A stretch of 64,000 nt of DNA from Bacteroidota bacterium (GCA_036159515.1 JAYYEV010000043.1:8795-72794); one strand, 5' to 3'; positions 35,931 to 46,812 are shown, counted from the stretch's first letter. Translations and numbers: made by a program. The notes: generated from the letters alone by a model not told the origin.

Positions 35931-37316
35931 ATGACTCAAGAATACATAGAAAGTAACAAATCAAAATTTTTAGATGAATTGATGGAATTATTAACTATTC
36001 CATCGGTAAGTGCAGACCTTTCATTTAAAGATGATGTGTTAAAAGCAGCCACATTTTTATGTGATCAATTGACCCAAATTGGGGCAGATAACGTCCAATT
36101 ATTTCCTACTGCAGGCCACCCCATTGTGTACGGAGAAAAAATAATCTCTAATGATGCTCCTACTGTTTTAGTTTATGGTCATTATGATGTTCAACCAGCA
36201 GATCCTTATGAGTTATGGGATTCAGAACCATTTAAACCCGAAATAAGAAAAACGAAAATACACCCAGATGGGGCTATTTTTGCGAGAGGCGCATGTGACG
36301 ATAAAGGTCAGATGTTTATGCACTTAAAGGCCTTTGAAGCAATGTACAAAACAAACAATCTTAATTGTAACGTCAAATTCATGCTTGAGGGAGAAGAAGA
36401 AGTCGGTTCTGAAAATCTGGAAAAATTCGTAAGAGAATATAGGGAAATGCTTAAAGCAGATGTGGTATTAGTTTCAGATACAGGAATTATTAATAACCAA
36501 ACCCCATCCATATGTGTCGGATTAAGGGGGTTGAGTTATTTAGAAGTGGAAGTGACTGGTCCTAATCGAGATTTACATTCTGGTTTGTATGGAGGAGGTG
36601 TAGCAAACCCTATAAATATCCTATCTTCTATGATTGCATCGTTGCATGACGAATCAGGAAAAATAAATATTCCAGAATTTTATAAAAATGTTTTAGTAGT
36701 CAGTGATGAGGAGAGGCAAGAAATGTCAAAAGCACCTTTCAATTTAGATGATTATAAAAAAGATCTTGATGTGGATGAAGTTTTTGGTGAGATAGGATAT
36801 TCAACCAATGAAAGAACATCTATTAGACCCTCTCTAGACGTAAATGGCATTTGGGGCGGATATATTGGAGAAGGTGCAAAAACTGTTCTTCCTTCAAAAG
36901 CATATGCAAAAATATCTATGCGTTTAGTTCCAAACCAATCCTCCGAAGAAATTACTCGTCTTTTTGAACATCACTTTAAAAAAATTGCTCCCGCACATGT
37001 CAAAGTAAAGGTAACTCCTCATCATGGTGGAGAAGGGGTTGTAATCCCTACTAATTTTAAAGGTTATCAGGCCGCTAAAAAAGCCATGCATAAAACTTTT
37101 GGCGTTGACCCTATACCAGTTAGAAGTGGGGGTAGTATTCCTATTGTACCTATGTTTGAAGAGGTATTAGGTCTAAAGACAATCTTACTTGGTTTTGGTT
37201 TAGATTCTGACGTTATTCATTCTCCAAATGAACATTTTGGGTTGTTTAATTTCTATAAGGGCATAGAAACTATTCCATATTTTTATCAATATTTTGCTGA
37301 ATTAATGAAAGAGTAA
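35931..37316 (+). CDS. M20 family dipeptidase
   Basis: 461 aa. Motifs are VYGHYDVQPAD, ARGACDDKG and EGEEEVGS, plus a C-terminal HSPNEH. Confidence 0.85.
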   Translation: MTQEYIESNKSKFLDELMELLTIPSVSADLSFKDDVLKAATFLCDQLTQIGADNVQLFPTAGHPIVYGEKIISNDAPTVLVYGHYDVQPADPYELWDSEPFKPEIRKTKIHPDGAIFARGACDDKGQMFMHLKAFEAMYKTNNLNCNVKFMLEGEEEVGSENLEKFVREYREMLKADVVLVSDTGIINNQTPSICVGLRGLSYLEVEVTGPNRDLHSGLYGGGVANPINILSSMIASLHDESGKINIPEFYKNVLVVSDEERQEMSKAPFNLDDYKKDLDVDEVFGEIGYSTNERTSIRPSLDVNGIWGGYIGEGAKTVLPSKAYAKISMRLVPNQSSEEITRLFEHHFKKIAPAHVKVKVTPHHGGEGVVIPTNFKGYQAAKKAMHKTFGVDPIPVRSGGSIPIVPMFEEVLGLKTILLGFGLDSDVIHSPNEHFGLFNFYKGIETIPYFYQYFAELMKE

Positions 37317-37317
37317 A

Positions 37318-37770
37318 ATGTTTAGAAAAATATTTTTTTCCATTATCATTTTTTCAATAGGATCTTGCATAACCTATCGCGATATAGAATTTATTGATGT
37401 TCATTCTATTTCATTTTCTAAAGAAAACGGATGCAGCCCCGTTTGTGCTGATTTAAAGGTATATAATCCCAATCAGTACCCTATTTTAATAAAAGATATT
37501 GATGTAGAAGCGCATTTAAATGATAAAAAAATTGGGAATGTGGTCAATGATAAAAAAATAAAATTGTTAAAACAGGATTCGATCGATATCCATTTAATCT
37601 TTCAATCCGATGCACAACAAATTTTAACTTCTTTAGTTAACTCTTTAGGCTTCCTTCTAGGAAAATCTCAAAATTTATCCTTAAGTGGTTCTTTGAAAGC
37701 TCAGGTCTTTTTGTTCAAAAAGAAGATTGATATTACATATAAAACAGATTTTAAGGATTTGTCGTTTTAG
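37318..37770 (+). CDS. LEA_2 (LEA14/WHy-like) family lipoprotein
   Basis: 150 aa. The lipobox is SIGSC. The pattern ..LKVYNPNQYPILIKDIDVEAHLNDKKIG.. is typical of LEA type 2/NDR1-like beta-sandwich proteins. Confidence 0.55.
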   Translation: MFRKIFFSIIIFSIGSCITYRDIEFIDVHSISFSKENGCSPVCADLKVYNPNQYPILIKDIDVEAHLNDKKIGNVVNDKKIKLLKQDSIDIHLIFQSDAQQILTSLVNSLGFLLGKSQNLSLSGSLKAQVFLFKKKIDITYKTDFKDLSF

Positions 37771-37771
37771 A

Positions 37772-37788
37772 ACGTAATTCAATTACGT
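37772..37788. repeat. Perfect 17-bp palindrome ACGTAATT-C-AATTACGT (candidate operator)
   Basis: Read directly from the sequence. It starts 2 nt after the LEA_2 stop and ends 41 nt before ATG 37830. No T-run follows, and the loop is too small for a full-length hairpin. Confidence 0.5.
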
Positions 37789-37829
37789 AGTAAGGTCATA
37801 ATTTAGTTTTTGAATTTAAAAAAATTAAA

Positions 37830-38141
37830 ATGATACAGACTTCACTACCATTCAATGTAAATTACATCATATATGAAAAAGGGGATACAGCCTTTCTGTT
37901 AGAAGGCTTCATCAAGCTAAAGAAGAAAAAATATTTCACTACCATTCCAATTGAAATACTTCGTTTGAGCCGGATAATTGAAAAAAGTGAAGGTGCTGAA
38001 ATCATGCAGTACATATGGAAGAGATTATACAGCTCTAATGACCCTGTGGTTGAAATTTCTCCAAATAAACATTTAAAAAGAATCATATGTCTCAATACGT
38101 GTGATTTGGGATTAACACATCATCAACTAAAAATTGCATAA
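37830..38141 (+). CDS. Hypothetical protein (103 aa), first gene of a two-gene cassette
   Basis: An ORF with an ATG start and no signal peptide or TM. I do not recognise a family. It is tightly coupled to the next ORF. Confidence 0.45.
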   Translation: MIQTSLPFNVNYIIYEKGDTAFLLEGFIKLKKKKYFTTIPIEILRLSRIIEKSEGAEIMQYIWKRLYSSNDPVVEISPNKHLKRIICLNTCDLGLTHHQLKIA

Positions 38142-38142
38142 C

Positions 38143-38484
38143 ATGAAAACTTTAGCATTATCTACTACAGAAAACTTAGCATTACCTAAAATGGGTATTA
38201 TGACTCAGATAACAGAACTATCTAGGCACGATTATATTTATGTAAAGCACTTGTTAAATGAAAACACCTCTTTACTAATTTCTGAAGACAAAAGCAGATT
38301 TTGGGATGCAAATGCGTTAGCGGTTTTTTATAAGCATTTTAAAATAGGCTATTTAAATCCCTCAATTGCAAAGATGGTAAAAAGAATAATGGTCAAATAC
38401 GGGGGCGTATCAGCCGAATTGAAACACAAATCTTCTAATAACTTACCGTTTGAGAGTGTAGACATCGTATTGAAAATCGGGTAG
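38143..38484 (+). CDS. Stand-alone HIRAN-like domain protein (113 aa)
   Basis: The ATG lies 2 nt after the upstream stop (the tracked TTG 38134 is rejected). The motif order matches HIRAN as in HLTF/Rad5: FWDANALAVF (cf. NPYDxNAIxV), KIGYL (cf. vGhL), AKMVKRIM, and terminal NNLPFESVDIVL (cf. ANNAFTMPLHMTF). Confidence 0.5.
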   Translation: MKTLALSTTENLALPKMGIMTQITELSRHDYIYVKHLLNENTSLLISEDKSRFWDANALAVFYKHFKIGYLNPSIAKMVKRIMVKYGGVSAELKHKSSNNLPFESVDIVLKIG

Positions 38485-39687
38485 TTAACGACTAAGCCAA
38501 AATGCTGGATTTTCAGTATTCATCCCTTCACTTGATATTTTCCAAATTTCAAAGTGGGCTTCAGAGATTCCGTTGCTTTTTGGTAATAACTTCCCAATAT
38601 TTTCTTTGGTGTTAATTTGGTCACCTTTTTGAACAAATACTTCTTGAAGGTTAGCGTATACACTCCTATATTCTCCATGGCTTATCATTACTACTTTTCC
38701 AGCCCCTGGAATGACCATAACGCTGGTTACTTTACCATCAAAGACAGCCCTTACTAATGCTTGTTTAGAAGTGGAAATATCAATACCATTATTATCTACT
38801 GTTGCTGTACTGACAACATGATGCTGGTGTTTTCCATACTTACTTGTGATTTCACCTCTGGCAACAGGCCAAGCTAATTTTCCTTTATTTTTTTTGAAAT
38901 CTGCTGAGAGTGCTAGGCCTTCTGGGGTTAAGTTAAATTTGCTTTTAGTCTTCTTTTCAATGGCTTTTATTTCTTCTTCAATGGCTTTTTTAACCGCTTT
39001 GGCTATTTCTTTTCTTTTTTGATTATTAATTTTTAATTCTTGAGTTAAACTTGATTCACTTATTTTTAAATCATTCAAATATTTTTCTTGGGCATTTTTA
39101 TCATTTAAGTAATTATTTTTTTCACTATTCTTGATTTTAATCACACTTTCTTTTTGAGATAGTTCTACTCTTAAAAATTTCTTTTTTTCGATTAAAAGAT
39201 GTTGAATTTGTTTTATCCTTTCAACTTGTTTCTTTCTGAATTCTGCATAATGTTGAATGTATTTCATTCTATGAAAGGCTTCAGAAAATGTAGAGGCTGA
39301 TATGATATATAAAAACTTATAACTAGGATTACGGTTTTTATATGCATAAACTAGCATGTTTTTATATTCTTGGACAAGCACATTACTGGTGTTTAATAAG
39401 GTGTTTATTTGCCTGTTAATATCATTTATATTTTGATCTATCTTTCTTATTTGTGCATTGTAGTTACGTATCAATCTATCCCTGTAAGAAATCTGATTTC
39501 TAATGATATTTAATTGACTAATAGTTAGTGCTTCATTTTTTTTTGTTTCATTTAACAGTGATTTTGTGTTCTCAATTTTCTTAATAAGAGCTCGTTCCTG
39601 TCTTTTTAATTGTTCACTTTTTTTTTGACTTATAAAATCAAAAGGAATAAGTATAATAATCAGTATAATTAATATATTATTTCTCAT
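38485..39687 (-). CDS. Murein hydrolase activator EnvC-like protein (coiled coil plus M23 peptidase domain)
   Basis: 400 aa. The signal ends FIS|Q. A long coiled coil is followed by the M23 C-domain (GIDIS, VMISHGEYRSVYANL, HFEIW). Confidence 0.85.
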   Translation of the reverse strand: MRNNILIILIIILIPFDFISQKKSEQLKRQERALIKKIENTKSLLNETKKNEALTISQLNIIRNQISYRDRLIRNYNAQIRKIDQNINDINRQINTLLNTSNVLVQEYKNMLVYAYKNRNPSYKFLYIISASTFSEAFHRMKYIQHYAEFRKKQVERIKQIQHLLIEKKKFLRVELSQKESVIKIKNSEKNNYLNDKNAQEKYLNDLKISESSLTQELKINNQKRKEIAKAVKKAIEEEIKAIEKKTKSKFNLTPEGLALSADFKKNKGKLAWPVARGEITSKYGKHQHHVVSTATVDNNGIDISTSKQALVRAVFDGKVTSVMVIPGAGKVVMISHGEYRSVYANLQEVFVQKGDQINTKENIGKLLPKSNGISEAHFEIWKISSEGMNTENPAFWLSR

Positions 39688-40516
39688 TGAGCTTTATTCT
39701 TTCGTATTCGTTTGTAATTTTCAATTTGGGAAATTTTAGAGGACTATTGAATTTAATGGTCTTGTAATTTAATTCTAATATATACTGATTTGGCAAGAAT
39801 TCTATTTTCAATTTTGTTGGAAAATATTCTGCTTCTTCAAAATGCCTATCACTATAGTAGATCTTTATTTCATTATTTATTTCTGGAAATAAAATAGATA
39901 ATGAATCACATTTGAAATATTTAGGATTGATCCAAGATTGATATATATATTCTGGATATTTTTTTGTTTTTTGAGATACAACACGACTTGTTTTGCGTTT
40001 TCGATGAGAAAAAAGATGGTATTTCCCTTTTTTATAGTTAGAACTGTTTTTTTCAGTCAATTCATTAATGTAAGCATTACCCAATAGGAAATTTTCAATT
40101 AATGGATATGAAATGGATAGGTTATATTGTTTTTCAAAATCATCAAATGTGCCCGTAAAGTAAGTTTTAGATGGGTATTCAGATTGCACTTTGATACTAT
40201 CTTTTTCAATAAATGCTCTGGCTATTTTTACGCCAAAACTGGTTGCATTAATCCAAATTAAGCTATCCCTTTTTATCCTAAAATTCAATGTGACCTCTAA
40301 CTTTTCATTTTCAAATTTGACATTAGTTTCACTTTTGAGTTTAATCCATTTAGCTTTACATTCATAATGCTTAATAGAGTCTACCAGCTTTTTAGTATTA
40401 ATAATTTTTTTCTCTTTTTCACTTTCTATGGGTTTTATCGATTTGCAAGAAAAAATAAATCCACATACAGAAAACAGGAAGACAATATGATATTTACTCC
40501 ATATATTTTTTTTCAT
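39677..40516 (-). CDS. DUF4292-like (LolB-like) lipoprotein
   Basis: 279 aa. The lipobox is GFIFSC. From memory, the order dut - TPR protein - DUF4292 - M23 peptidase is common in Bacteroidota, and this gene sits in that position. Confidence 0.55.
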   Translation of the reverse strand: MKKNIWSKYHIVFLFSVCGFIFSCKSIKPIESEKEKKIINTKKLVDSIKHYECKAKWIKLKSETNVKFENEKLEVTLNFRIKRDSLIWINATSFGVKIARAFIEKDSIKVQSEYPSKTYFTGTFDDFEKQYNLSISYPLIENFLLGNAYINELTEKNSSNYKKGKYHLFSHRKRKTSRVVSQKTKKYPEYIYQSWINPKYFKCDSLSILFPEINNEIKIYYSDRHFEEAEYFPTKLKIEFLPNQYILELNYKTIKFNSPLKFPKLKITNEYERIKLNEK

Positions 40517-42209
40517 CTATTTTTTCTTTAATAAATGCGGATGCACTCCCAGCTTTTACTGCTTTTTTCCAAAATAATAATGCTTCCTCTTTTTTTCCAA
40601 TTTGAAATAAAACGTCACCATAATGTTCTAGAATATCCGCATCTTTTTCTTCGCTTTTAATTAGTGCTTTAAACAAAAGTTGTTCTGCTTCCTCATATTT
40701 TTTCATTTTGAAAAGCACCCAACCATATGTATCAATAAACGTGTAAGATTCAGGTAAAAATTGTAGTGCTTTTAAAATTAGTTTTTCCGCTTTTTCAAGA
40801 GCCATATTTTGTACAGCAAGATAATAGCTGAAATTATTGAGGAGAATTGGATTTTTTTCGTTCATCTCAAGAGATTTGTCAAAGTTGTAAAATGCATCCT
40901 TGAATTTTTCTTGTCCGTAAAATGCATCTCCAATTTGTTGATAGAATTCGCTTTCCAATAATTCATTATCAAATACCAATAGCTTACCTTTATTCAATAC
41001 TTCTAAGGCATTTTCCCACTCTTTTTTTCTATTAAGTACAATTCCCTTTGCTAAGTAAGAAAATGGTTGGTTAGGATGAATGAGAATTGCTTTATCAGCA
41101 TTTTTCAAAGCATCATTAAAATCCCCTCTTGATAGGTTATTAGTAATGAGTTGAGTCCACAGTTCATAAGGAAGTGGATTAATTTCAAGAGCTTTACTTA
41201 GTAACATACAAGCTTCATCCTCTTTAGTTTGAATAAATTTAATTTCACTCAGTAAAACCAATACCTCATGATCTTTGGGATAAGCTTTTAAATACTTGTC
41301 AAATAAGTGCTCTACTTGACTGACTGAATAGGGTATAGACTTGTCATACGTAATCTGGAATAACATTTCTCTTTTTAAACTTTGATCAACTTCAATTGAT
41401 GTTAATACCTTTTCTAAGGAATATAAACTCTTTAAGTATGCTCCTTTTTTCATGTAGTTTTGAAACATAGATAGTTGAACCAGTCCGTTAGAAGAATCAA
41501 TTAACATCATTTGATGAAGTAAAATTTCACTTTCTTCCTCCATTTTACATTCATCATAATATTCAGTCAATATCCCAATGGTTCTTAAATTATTGGGTTC
41601 GTGACGAATGAACTTTTCCAGCTCCTCAATGGCTTTCTTTTTCTTATTTAAGAAAGCATAAATTTGATGTTTTTGTAAAGAAAGATCTTCATTTAGTCCA
41701 ATTACCTGTTCAATTTCATCCAATATTTTTAAAGACTTTTTGTACTGATTGTCCTGTAAATATGACTCTGTTAGAGCAAATAAATAATCTATTTTTTCAG
41801 GCTCTTTTTCAGATAGCCTTTCAAAAACTAAAGCACTTTTTTTGTGATCTTTTTGGTCTTGATAAAGGATGGCTAAATTTGCTAAATACCATTCATTTTC
41901 AGGCGAAAGATCAACTGCTTTTTCTGCTTGTAAAACAGCTTGATTTAAATTTCCATTTTTCTTACTTATTCCTGAAAGTTCAAAATAAGAGACAGCACTT
42001 TTTGGGTTTAATTTGATACACTTTTTAAAAAGAGAATCAGCTTCGTAAAGTTCATTTCCGATTTTAGCACCAATGGCTTGAATCAATACGTTTGTATACT
42101 GTTTTTCGTTAAATGTATTTGTGTTTTTTTGAGATAAATAATATGGTATGCTTATCCATCCAAATAATAAAATTACAATTAGATTATATTTTAAATTACC
42201 CAATATCAC
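40494..42209 (-). CDS. Tetratricopeptide repeat protein
   Basis: 571 aa with an N-terminal anchor. Many 34-aa TPR units are present (..[10 protein letters not shown].., ..[12 protein letters not shown].., ..[12 protein letters not shown]..). Confidence 0.8.
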   Translation of the reverse strand: MILGNLKYNLIVILLFGWISIPYYLSQKNTNTFNEKQYTNVLIQAIGAKIGNELYEADSLFKKCIKLNPKSAVSYFELSGISKKNGNLNQAVLQAEKAVDLSPENEWYLANLAILYQDQKDHKKSALVFERLSEKEPEKIDYLFALTESYLQDNQYKKSLKILDEIEQVIGLNEDLSLQKHQIYAFLNKKKKAIEELEKFIRHEPNNLRTIGILTEYYDECKMEEESEILLHQMMLIDSSNGLVQLSMFQNYMKKGAYLKSLYSLEKVLTSIEVDQSLKREMLFQITYDKSIPYSVSQVEHLFDKYLKAYPKDHEVLVLLSEIKFIQTKEDEACMLLSKALEINPLPYELWTQLITNNLSRGDFNDALKNADKAILIHPNQPFSYLAKGIVLNRKKEWENALEVLNKGKLLVFDNELLESEFYQQIGDAFYGQEKFKDAFYNFDKSLEMNEKNPILLNNFSYYLAVQNMALEKAEKLILKALQFLPESYTFIDTYGWVLFKMKKYEEAEQLLFKALIKSEEKDADILEHYGDVLFQIGKKEEALLFWKKAVKAGSASAFIKEKIDEKKYME

Positions 42210-42643
42210 TTCTTTCCTGTGCTACCAAAACCTCCTACACCTCTTTCACTACTTGCTAATGAATTTTGTTCAGTAAAATGGGGTAATTCGTGTTTGGCTA
42301 AAACCATTTGTGCAATGCGTTCTCCAGATAAAATCTCAAAAGGTTCATTTGATAAATTAACCAACAAAACACCAATTTCCCCTCTGTAGTCGGAGTCTAT
42401 AGTCCCTGGGCTATTTAATACAGTAATGCCATTTTTATAAGCTAATCCACTTCTAGGTCTAATTTGAATTTCATACCCCAAAGGAATCTCTAGCTTTAGC
42501 CCTGTTGGTATTAGTTTCCTTTCCAAAGGTTTGAGTGTTATTGGACTAGATATAAATGCTCTCACATCAACACCTGCTGATCCTTTAGTAGCTATAGCTG
42601 GGGTGTCGTTATTAGATTCATTTATTATTTTTACTTCAATCAT
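42206..42643 (-). CDS. dut: dUTP diphosphatase
   Basis: 145 aa. Motifs are [24 protein letters not shown] and a C-terminal RG.GGFGSTG. Confidence 0.95.
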   Translation of the reverse strand: MIEVKIINESNNDTPAIATKGSAGVDVRAFISSPITLKPLERKLIPTGLKLEIPLGYEIQIRPRSGLAYKNGITVLNSPGTIDSDYRGEIGVLLVNLSNEPFEILSGERIAQMVLAKHELPHFTEQNSLASSERGVGGFGSTGKK

Positions 42644-42644
42644 G

Positions 42645-44168
42645 TCAAATAGATTTTAACTTTAATTTTGGTCTCTCAATAATGAAAACCATAACCACAT
42701 AGACGACTAATAATAATCCATGGTATAGGTTTGTAAAAAGATCATATCCAATAGAGGGATTAAATTTTTCACTTACATAGTAGAGACCAAAACCAACACA
42801 TATATAGGTACATATTTTTTTTAGATTGTAAGGTATGGGATAATACATTTGACCTAATACATAGCCAACCACCATCATAGTTCCATAACAGATTAAAGTT
42901 GCATATGCAGATGCCACGTATCCGTATTTAGGGATAAACACCAAATTGATGGACAATGTAATAACAACCCCAATGAAAGAGATTAAAGCTCCAAATATAG
43001 TTTTGTCAGCTAATTTATACCACATAGACACATTGGTATATAGCCCTAAACAAATATTTGCAGCTAGTAATACAGGCACTACTTTGAGCCCAATCCAATA
43101 TGACTCATTAGGGATAAAATACTTAAATAAATGTAAATACAGTGTGATCACAAGGAAGATGAAAACTAGTGTGATCACAAAGTAGTTCATGACTTTTGAT
43201 AAAGTTTCTTTTGATTTTTCGTTGGACTGGTCTCTAAAAAAAAATGGTTCGGAAGCATAGCGAAATGCTTGAATAAACATACTCACTATCATGGTGATTT
43301 TATAGTTTGCCCCGTAAATTCCATTTGCAGATTGGGCCTTTATCAGCGCTTGACTAGATGTGATTTCTGGAATTTCAGTTAAATATTGACGATATAAAAG
43401 TTCTTTTAACATAGCTCTATCAAGTGTTTCATTTACTACGTAAGCCAATCCAACTAAAAGCATGGGATATGCATATTTGAGCATTTCCTTAATGATGCTA
43501 AAATCGAATCCACCTCTAAAATTCATTTCAGGGAGTAGAACTATAAATTTCACCAAGCTCGCAATTAGATTAGATATAAACACATAGCCTACTCCAACTT
43601 GAGGTTCATAAAATTGGTTTACTATCCAGTTTGAGTTACCACTGTCATACATTTGTTTACAATAAACAAGGAAAAATAGATTTAATCCGATATTTATTCC
43701 CACGTTTAAAAAGTTGACAAGTGCAAATTTTTTGGCTTTTTCTTTTAGCCTTAGATTGGCTAGTGGTATGGCAGATATCGCATCAATTCCTACAATTAGA
43801 CTAAACCAAATAATGTATTCAGCGTGGTCAGGATATTTAAGTAGAACAGCAATGTCATTAGAAAAAAGACTTGCCAATAAAATGAAAATGGAAGATGTCG
43901 TAGTAATAGAAAAGAGCGTATTACTGTAAATAGATTTTTTTTTATCTGGTTTACTGGTTGAAAATCGAAATAAAGCGGTTTCCATTCCATATGTGAGAAA
44001 GACCACTAAAAATGCTACATAAGCATACATTTCGGTAATAATTCCATATTGTTCGTTTGAATAAATATGAACGTAGAAAGGGGTAAGTAAGTAGTTTAGA
44101 AATCTTCCAATGATACTACTTGATCCATAAATGGCAGTTTGACCGATTAACTTTTTGAGTGCACTCAA
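42645..44168 (-). CDS. Oligosaccharide/polysaccharide flippase family protein (MOP superfamily, Wzx/MurJ-like)
   Basis: 507 aa with about 14 TM helices. The N-terminus [24 protein letters not shown] is typical of Bacteroidota flippase-family proteins. Confidence 0.7.
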   Translation of the reverse strand: MSALKKLIGQTAIYGSSSIIGRFLNYLLTPFYVHIYSNEQYGIITEMYAYVAFLVVFLTYGMETALFRFSTSKPDKKKSIYSNTLFSITTTSSIFILLASLFSNDIAVLLKYPDHAEYIIWFSLIVGIDAISAIPLANLRLKEKAKKFALVNFLNVGINIGLNLFFLVYCKQMYDSGNSNWIVNQFYEPQVGVGYVFISNLIASLVKFIVLLPEMNFRGGFDFSIIKEMLKYAYPMLLVGLAYVVNETLDRAMLKELLYRQYLTEIPEITSSQALIKAQSANGIYGANYKITMIVSMFIQAFRYASEPFFFRDQSNEKSKETLSKVMNYFVITLVFIFLVITLYLHLFKYFIPNESYWIGLKVVPVLLAANICLGLYTNVSMWYKLADKTIFGALISFIGVVITLSINLVFIPKYGYVASAYATLICYGTMMVVGYVLGQMYYPIPYNLKKICTYICVGFGLYYVSEKFNPSIGYDLFTNLYHGLLLVVYVVMVFIIERPKLKLKSI

Positions 44169-44932
44169 AAATTATGTTTTCTTTTTTCCATAAAAGCAGT
44201 GGTACCTTCCACAAAATCGTCACTACCAAAACAATTTCCAAACTCATTAATTTCTTTTTCAAAACCATTTACTTCATGATTATATCCCGCATTAACCGAT
44301 TTTAAAGCGGCCGTGATGGCATTAGGTGAGTTGTTAGAAATAGATTTTATAATCTCTACAGCTTTTGGAAGTAATTCATCTAAAGTAACAACGTAATTTA
44401 CCAACTTATATTGCAAGGCTTCTTTGGCGTTAATCATTTTTGCAGTTGTAATAAGTTCTACGGCTTTACCTTTACCAATTAACTGAGGAAGACGCTGTGT
44501 CCCACCATATCCAGGAATCACGCCCAAGCTTACTTCGGGTAGACCCATTTTTGAATTTTCAGATGCAATTCTCATATGGCAAGCCATAGCTAATTCTAAC
44601 CCACCACCAAGCGCAAAGCCATTCACAGCTGCAATAATAGGTTTAGGATAATATTCAATAAAATCAAATAGCTTTTCTTGTCCTGAACGAGCTAATTCTT
44701 TACCCTCTACTTTATTGAAATGCGCAAATTCTTTGATGTCTGCACCCGCAACAAATGCTTTATCACCAGAACCAGTAATAATTACACCTCTTACCTCCTT
44801 ATTTCGTAAAAGTGCTGTAAGTGCACGATTTAACTCTTCAATGGTGCGTTTATTTAAGGCATTAAGTTGTTTTGGTCTATTAATGATAATTATGGCTGCA
44901 CTGCCCTGAAATTCTACTAAAATATTTTCCAT
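44165..44932 (-). CDS. Enoyl-CoA hydratase/isomerase family protein
   Basis: 255 aa. Motifs are ITGSGDKAFVAGADI, AAVNGFALGGGLELAMAC and GLPEVSLGVIPGYGGTQRL. Confidence 0.9.
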   Translation of the reverse strand: MENILVEFQGSAAIIIINRPKQLNALNKRTIEELNRALTALLRNKEVRGVIITGSGDKAFVAGADIKEFAHFNKVEGKELARSGQEKLFDFIEYYPKPIIAAVNGFALGGGLELAMACHMRIASENSKMGLPEVSLGVIPGYGGTQRLPQLIGKGKAVELITTAKMINAKEALQYKLVNYVVTLDELLPKAVEIIKSISNNSPNAITAALKSVNAGYNHEVNGFEKEINEFGNCFGSDDFVEGTTAFMEKRKHNF

Positions 44933-44983
44933 TCTATTTGTATTACAGTCTTCAAAATTAAGTAAAATAAGCAGTCATCTATC

Positions 44984-45193
44984 TTATCTATTAACCATCT
45001 TCTTTCTAATTAAAGAAAGAAGTAAAATACCTGCCCAATATACCAATAAAAGTAAGCCTACTTTTTTTAAAATAGTAACAAAAACGTTGCCGAAAAATCC
45101 TTCAACGAAAATAATTTGATAGATTTTCAAAGCAGAAATAATGACTGTAAAAGCCCCATGAAAAAGAATTTGTTTTTTTGTTAAAAGCCCCAT
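44984..45193 (-). CDS. Hypothetical small membrane protein (69 aa, two TM helices)
   Basis: An ORF with two hydrophobic helices. I do not recognise a family, and coding status is unverified. Confidence 0.35.
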   Translation of the reverse strand: MGLLTKKQILFHGAFTVIISALKIYQIIFVEGFFGNVFVTILKKVGLLLLVYWAGILLLSLIRKKMVNR

Positions 45194-45223
45194 TATAATT
45201 ACAATTATTATACATTTAAATGT

Positions 45224-45550
45224 ATGAATTTTGAATTAGAAAAAGCGTGGAATGATTTATTAGATTCATTTCATCTTGATAATTTAGAACGCCCCGATTT
45301 AGACTCCATTCTATTTGTCATTGGATTACAAGAGCTTAATTTTGAAATAGATAAATTAAGTAAAGATCAAAAGTTAGATGTCATTCACATTGGACTTTGT
45401 GCGATATTCATTCCTTATGGATATTATGAAGCTGTAGGTAGAGATAGTGAAGGTTGGATTCACTTTAAATCCATCAAAAAGTTCCCCAATTTAAGTCCTG
45501 AGGATCAAGAGAATATGATTAAAGAAGCCATTTTAGATTACTACAAATAA
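45224..45550 (+). CDS. Hypothetical cytoplasmic protein (108 aa)
   Basis: An ORF with an ATG start and non-repetitive composition. I do not recognise a family. Confidence 0.45.
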   Translation: MNFELEKAWNDLLDSFHLDNLERPDLDSILFVIGLQELNFEIDKLSKDQKLDVIHIGLCAIFIPYGYYEAVGRDSEGWIHFKSIKKFPNLSPEDQENMIKEAILDYYK

Positions 45551-45921
45551 ATGGTTTTTTCTGTAGTCGCTCTTTCTTCAATTTGTACGACTCCAACAAA
45601 CACATTATTAACTTCAATGTCAAGAACAGCAAAACCAGCTTGACCATCTTTATAATATGAAGAAAAATCAAAATTAACTACGCCTTCATCGGACGTGGTG
45701 TTTTGCTCGTCTACTAAGGAGGTATTTACACCAGTTGGATCGTCATAAAACAATCTAACTGTAGCACCACTTACAGGCGCGTTATTGGAATTATTTAGCA
45801 CTGTAATGGTTGCAATTGTACTTTTGGGTTTATAACAAGAATTTGAAATAAAAAATACAATCAATAAAATGACATATTTGGCCCAATTTGTGCTAATGTT
45901 TGAATAATTTTCTCTAATCAT
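45541..45921 (-). CDS. Hypothetical lipoprotein with a carboxypeptidase-regulatory-like beta-sandwich signature
   Basis: 126 aa. The lipobox is FISNSC. The segment ITVLNNSNNAPVSGATVRLF resembles CarboxypepD_reg-type domains. Confidence 0.45.
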   Translation of the reverse strand: MIRENYSNISTNWAKYVILLIVFFISNSCYKPKSTIATITVLNNSNNAPVSGATVRLFYDDPTGVNTSLVDEQNTTSDEGVVNFDFSSYYKDGQAGFAVLDIEVNNVFVGVVQIEERATTEKTIYL

Positions 45922-45968
45922 AGAGTATTTATTTAATTTGCAATATAAATAATTTAATATTTAAATTA

Positions 45969-46811
45969 ATGAAGCACGTTTCAAAAAATAAATTTCTAGT
46001 TTTTGTATCTACGTTGTTATTTACCATCCTTGTTTTGGGTTCTTTTTACAAGAAGGGTGATGAAGTTGAGGTAGTTATGAATACTTCAAAAGGGGAACTC
46101 ATTTTAAAATTATATAATGAAACCCCGATTCACAGGGATAATTTTATTAAGCTTGTCAATAATCAGTTTTACAACGGAATATCTTTTCATAGAGTAATTA
46201 AAAACTTTATGGCTCAGGCGGGAGACCCTAATTCAAGAGATCCAAAGTATAGCGGCAGCCTTGGTAATAATAGCGAAGGGGAGACCCTCACTGCAGAAAT
46301 ACATCCATCATTATTTCATAAAAAAGGAGCTTTGGCAGCAGCTAGGATGGGAGATCAAGTCAATCCCGAAAAAAGATCAAGTGGTAGTCAATTTTATTTA
46401 GTACAAGGTAAAAAGTACAATAGAAATCAACTAGCACAAATGGAAGCTAGAATAAATCAACAACAAGAAGGAAATCTTGTAGGTGCATTTTTAAAGGATA
46501 CATCTAACAGTGAATTTATGAACAGAGTTAAAGTTTGCCAACAAAACGCTTGGATGGATAGTCTTAACATCGTAATAGATGAAATCAAAACTATGGTTCT
46601 TAACGATGTTGATAAGTTTACATTTTCAGAGGAGCATTTAAAAGCTTATGAAACTGTAGGAGGTACTCCATTTTTGGATAACGGATACACTGTTTTTGGT
46701 GAAGTAGTTAGTGGGATAGATATCATTGATTCCATTTGTATATCTCCAACACTTCCCGGAGATAAACCCAAAGACCCAATTATTATTTTATCTGTTAAAA
46801 TAAATTCTTAA
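45969..46811 (+). CDS. Peptidylprolyl isomerase, cyclophilin type (membrane-anchored, with an insertion)
   Basis: 280 aa. Motifs are FHRVIKNFMAQAGDP, GSQFYL and YTVFGEVVSGIDIID. An insertion of about 70 aa lies between the conserved blocks. Confidence 0.9.
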   Translation: MKHVSKNKFLVFVSTLLFTILVLGSFYKKGDEVEVVMNTSKGELILKLYNETPIHRDNFIKLVNNQFYNGISFHRVIKNFMAQAGDPNSRDPKYSGSLGNNSEGETLTAEIHPSLFHKKGALAAARMGDQVNPEKRSSGSQFYLVQGKKYNRNQLAQMEARINQQQEGNLVGAFLKDTSNSEFMNRVKVCQQNAWMDSLNIVIDEIKTMVLNDVDKFTFSEEHLKAYETVGGTPFLDNGYTVFGEVVSGIDIIDSICISPTLPGDKPKDPIIILSVKINS

Positions 46812-46812
46812 C

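Noticed and set aside
38134-38142. TTG start for the HIRAN-like ORF, overlapping the upstream gene by 8 nt.
   Set aside because: An ATG three codons downstream (38143), 2 nt after the upstream stop, is the simpler start.
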